From the NCBI RefSeq assembly GCF_009914755.1, contig NC_060948.1: a stretch of DNA of 64,000 nucleotides. One strand, written 5' to 3'. The notes beneath the pieces are model-generated. The model was given only the letters and a program-made list of their open reading frames with translations. It was not told the origin of the DNA and did no database searches. The stretch comes from the human T2T-CHM13v2.0 reference genome, Homo sapiens. The position numbers and the translations under genes are program-made. This document shows, one piece after another, positions 62,720-64,000 of the stretch (position 1 is the first letter of the stretch; each line of letters starts with the position of its first letter).

Positions 62720-62980
62720 TTATCCATTCATTCAATAAGTATTAATTTAGTGATCAGTATGCTAGGCCTTGGGGATGTGGCAGTGAAGACAAATATAATA
62801 AATATTATATCTGCCCTCAAAGAGATCACTGTCTAAATTGGGAGACAGACAATTATAATAAAGTGTGATAAGTTCTGCAATGATGGTAAGCACAAAGGGG
62901 GCCTCTGGAGCACAAAGAAGAGGACAAATCTGTTCTAAACTGGTCTTTTGAAGAGAGAGGTGATTAGGCAAGGCTTTTCC
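62720..62980 (-). mobile_element. L2 3' fragment
   Basis: cattcattcaataagtatt...tgccctcaaagagatcactgtctaa. Confidence 0.7.
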
Positions 62981-63022
62981 TGCAATAAGTGACTGCTAGG
63001 CCTATAGGATATTCAGGAATAT

Positions 63023-63377
63023 TATCTTAGTCTTATTGGGCTACTGTAACAAAATACCTTTGACTAGATAACTTATAAACAACAGAAATGTATTTCTTAC
63101 AGTTGTAAAGGCTGGGAAGTCCAAGATTAAGGTGTTACCAGTGTCTGGGGGAGTCCGACTTCCTCATAGACAGCACCTTCTCACTGTGTCCTCACATGAT
63201 GGAAGTGCCAAGGCAGGTCTTCGGGGCCTCTTTTATAAGAGAACTAATCCCATTCATGAGGGCTCCACATACATTATTTAGTCACCTCCCAAAGGCCCCA
63301 CCTCCTAATATTATCATATTGGTAGATAGGTTTCAACACAGGAATTTTGGAGAGACACAAATATTCAGACCATAGCA
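63023..63377 (-). mobile_element. MLT1A/MLT1A0-like MaLR solo LTR
   Basis: tatcttagtc...taacaaaatacc...ggctgggaagtccaagattaagg...ctaatcccattcatgagggctcc...ttcagaccatagca. Confidence 0.9.
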
Positions 63378-63439
63378 TTTACCAAATAATTTTTAAAAGT
63401 TAGAACAAAAATCCCTGAAGGGATTTGCAGATGGTTGGA

Positions 63440-63690
63440 TACTGTGGTATAGTGGTTAAAAGTACAAGCTCTGGAGTGAGACAGCCTGAGTCAGCCTGAG
63501 TTAAAATCCTAGATCTGCAAACTGCCAACTGTGTAACCTTGGACAAGTTACTTAAGGTCTTTGGACCTTGGTTTCTCATTTTAAAAATCAGTATAATTCA
63601 TTAATATGCCTCATAGGTTTGTTGTGAGAATTAAATAGGTTAAAACATGTAAAATTCATAGAACAGCACCTGGCAAAGAGTAAACATGTC
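63440..63690 (+). mobile_element. MIR, near full length
   Basis: gtggtatagtggttaaaag...tgtgtaaccttggacaagttacttaa...cctcataggtttgttgtgagaattaaat. Confidence 0.88.
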
Positions 63691-64000
63691 ACCCTGCCCA
63701 CTTGAATGTCAATTCCAGGAGCGCAGGAAATCTAGCTGTTGAATTACTAGCCTTTAGTGAGTGGCCCATAGCAGGCATGGTTGAATGAATGAATGATCAT
63801 CAATTTAACTTTTTTTGTCATGGGTATCATCCTAAGAGGTAAGAAGGCTGAATAATCCCAATTGTTTTCATTGTTGCCTTAATATAGGCCCACAGAGTAA
63901 AGGAGGGAAAGGAATTAGGCAACCCAGCTATTCAACTTTAAAGCTAGACTTTAAAACATAAAAGGGCTTCAAATTGAAATCATCTCTTGCCTCTCCTATG

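Overview
Primate (human or great-ape-like) AT-rich genomic DNA; no prokaryotic genes, RNA genes or CRISPR arrays were found. Bases 1-41.5 kb are an almost continuous nested stack of LINE-1 elements: old L1M, two full-length head-to-head L1MA copies, L1P3, L1PA8, a near-full-length L1PA6 and an L1HS/L1PA2-like copy with an uninterrupted ORF2 frame. Alu, MER75 (piggyBac), Tigger1 and a MER11 solo LTR lie within or between them, several with intact target-site duplications (TSDs). Bases 41.5-64 kb are older DNA with L2, MIR, hAT MITEs, L1PA16/L1MB/L1ME fragments and an MLT1A LTR. Nearly all ORF-track entries are repeat-derived or chance ORFs. The best non-routine signals are: (1) three phase-compatible minus-strand exon candidates that could be the 3' end of an unidentified or pseudogenised gene; (2) an apparent gene-conversion tract, with a shared frameshift, between the two inverted L1MA copies 20 kb apart; (3) a flank-derived ATG in strong Kozak context in frame with an endonuclease-less ORF2; (4) an exact 30-bp copy of a local L1PA16 segment 5 kb away; (5) a fossil hAT transposase fragment. 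Subfamily names come from recalled consensus features, not from a RepeatMasker run, and boundaries without TSDs are approximate.
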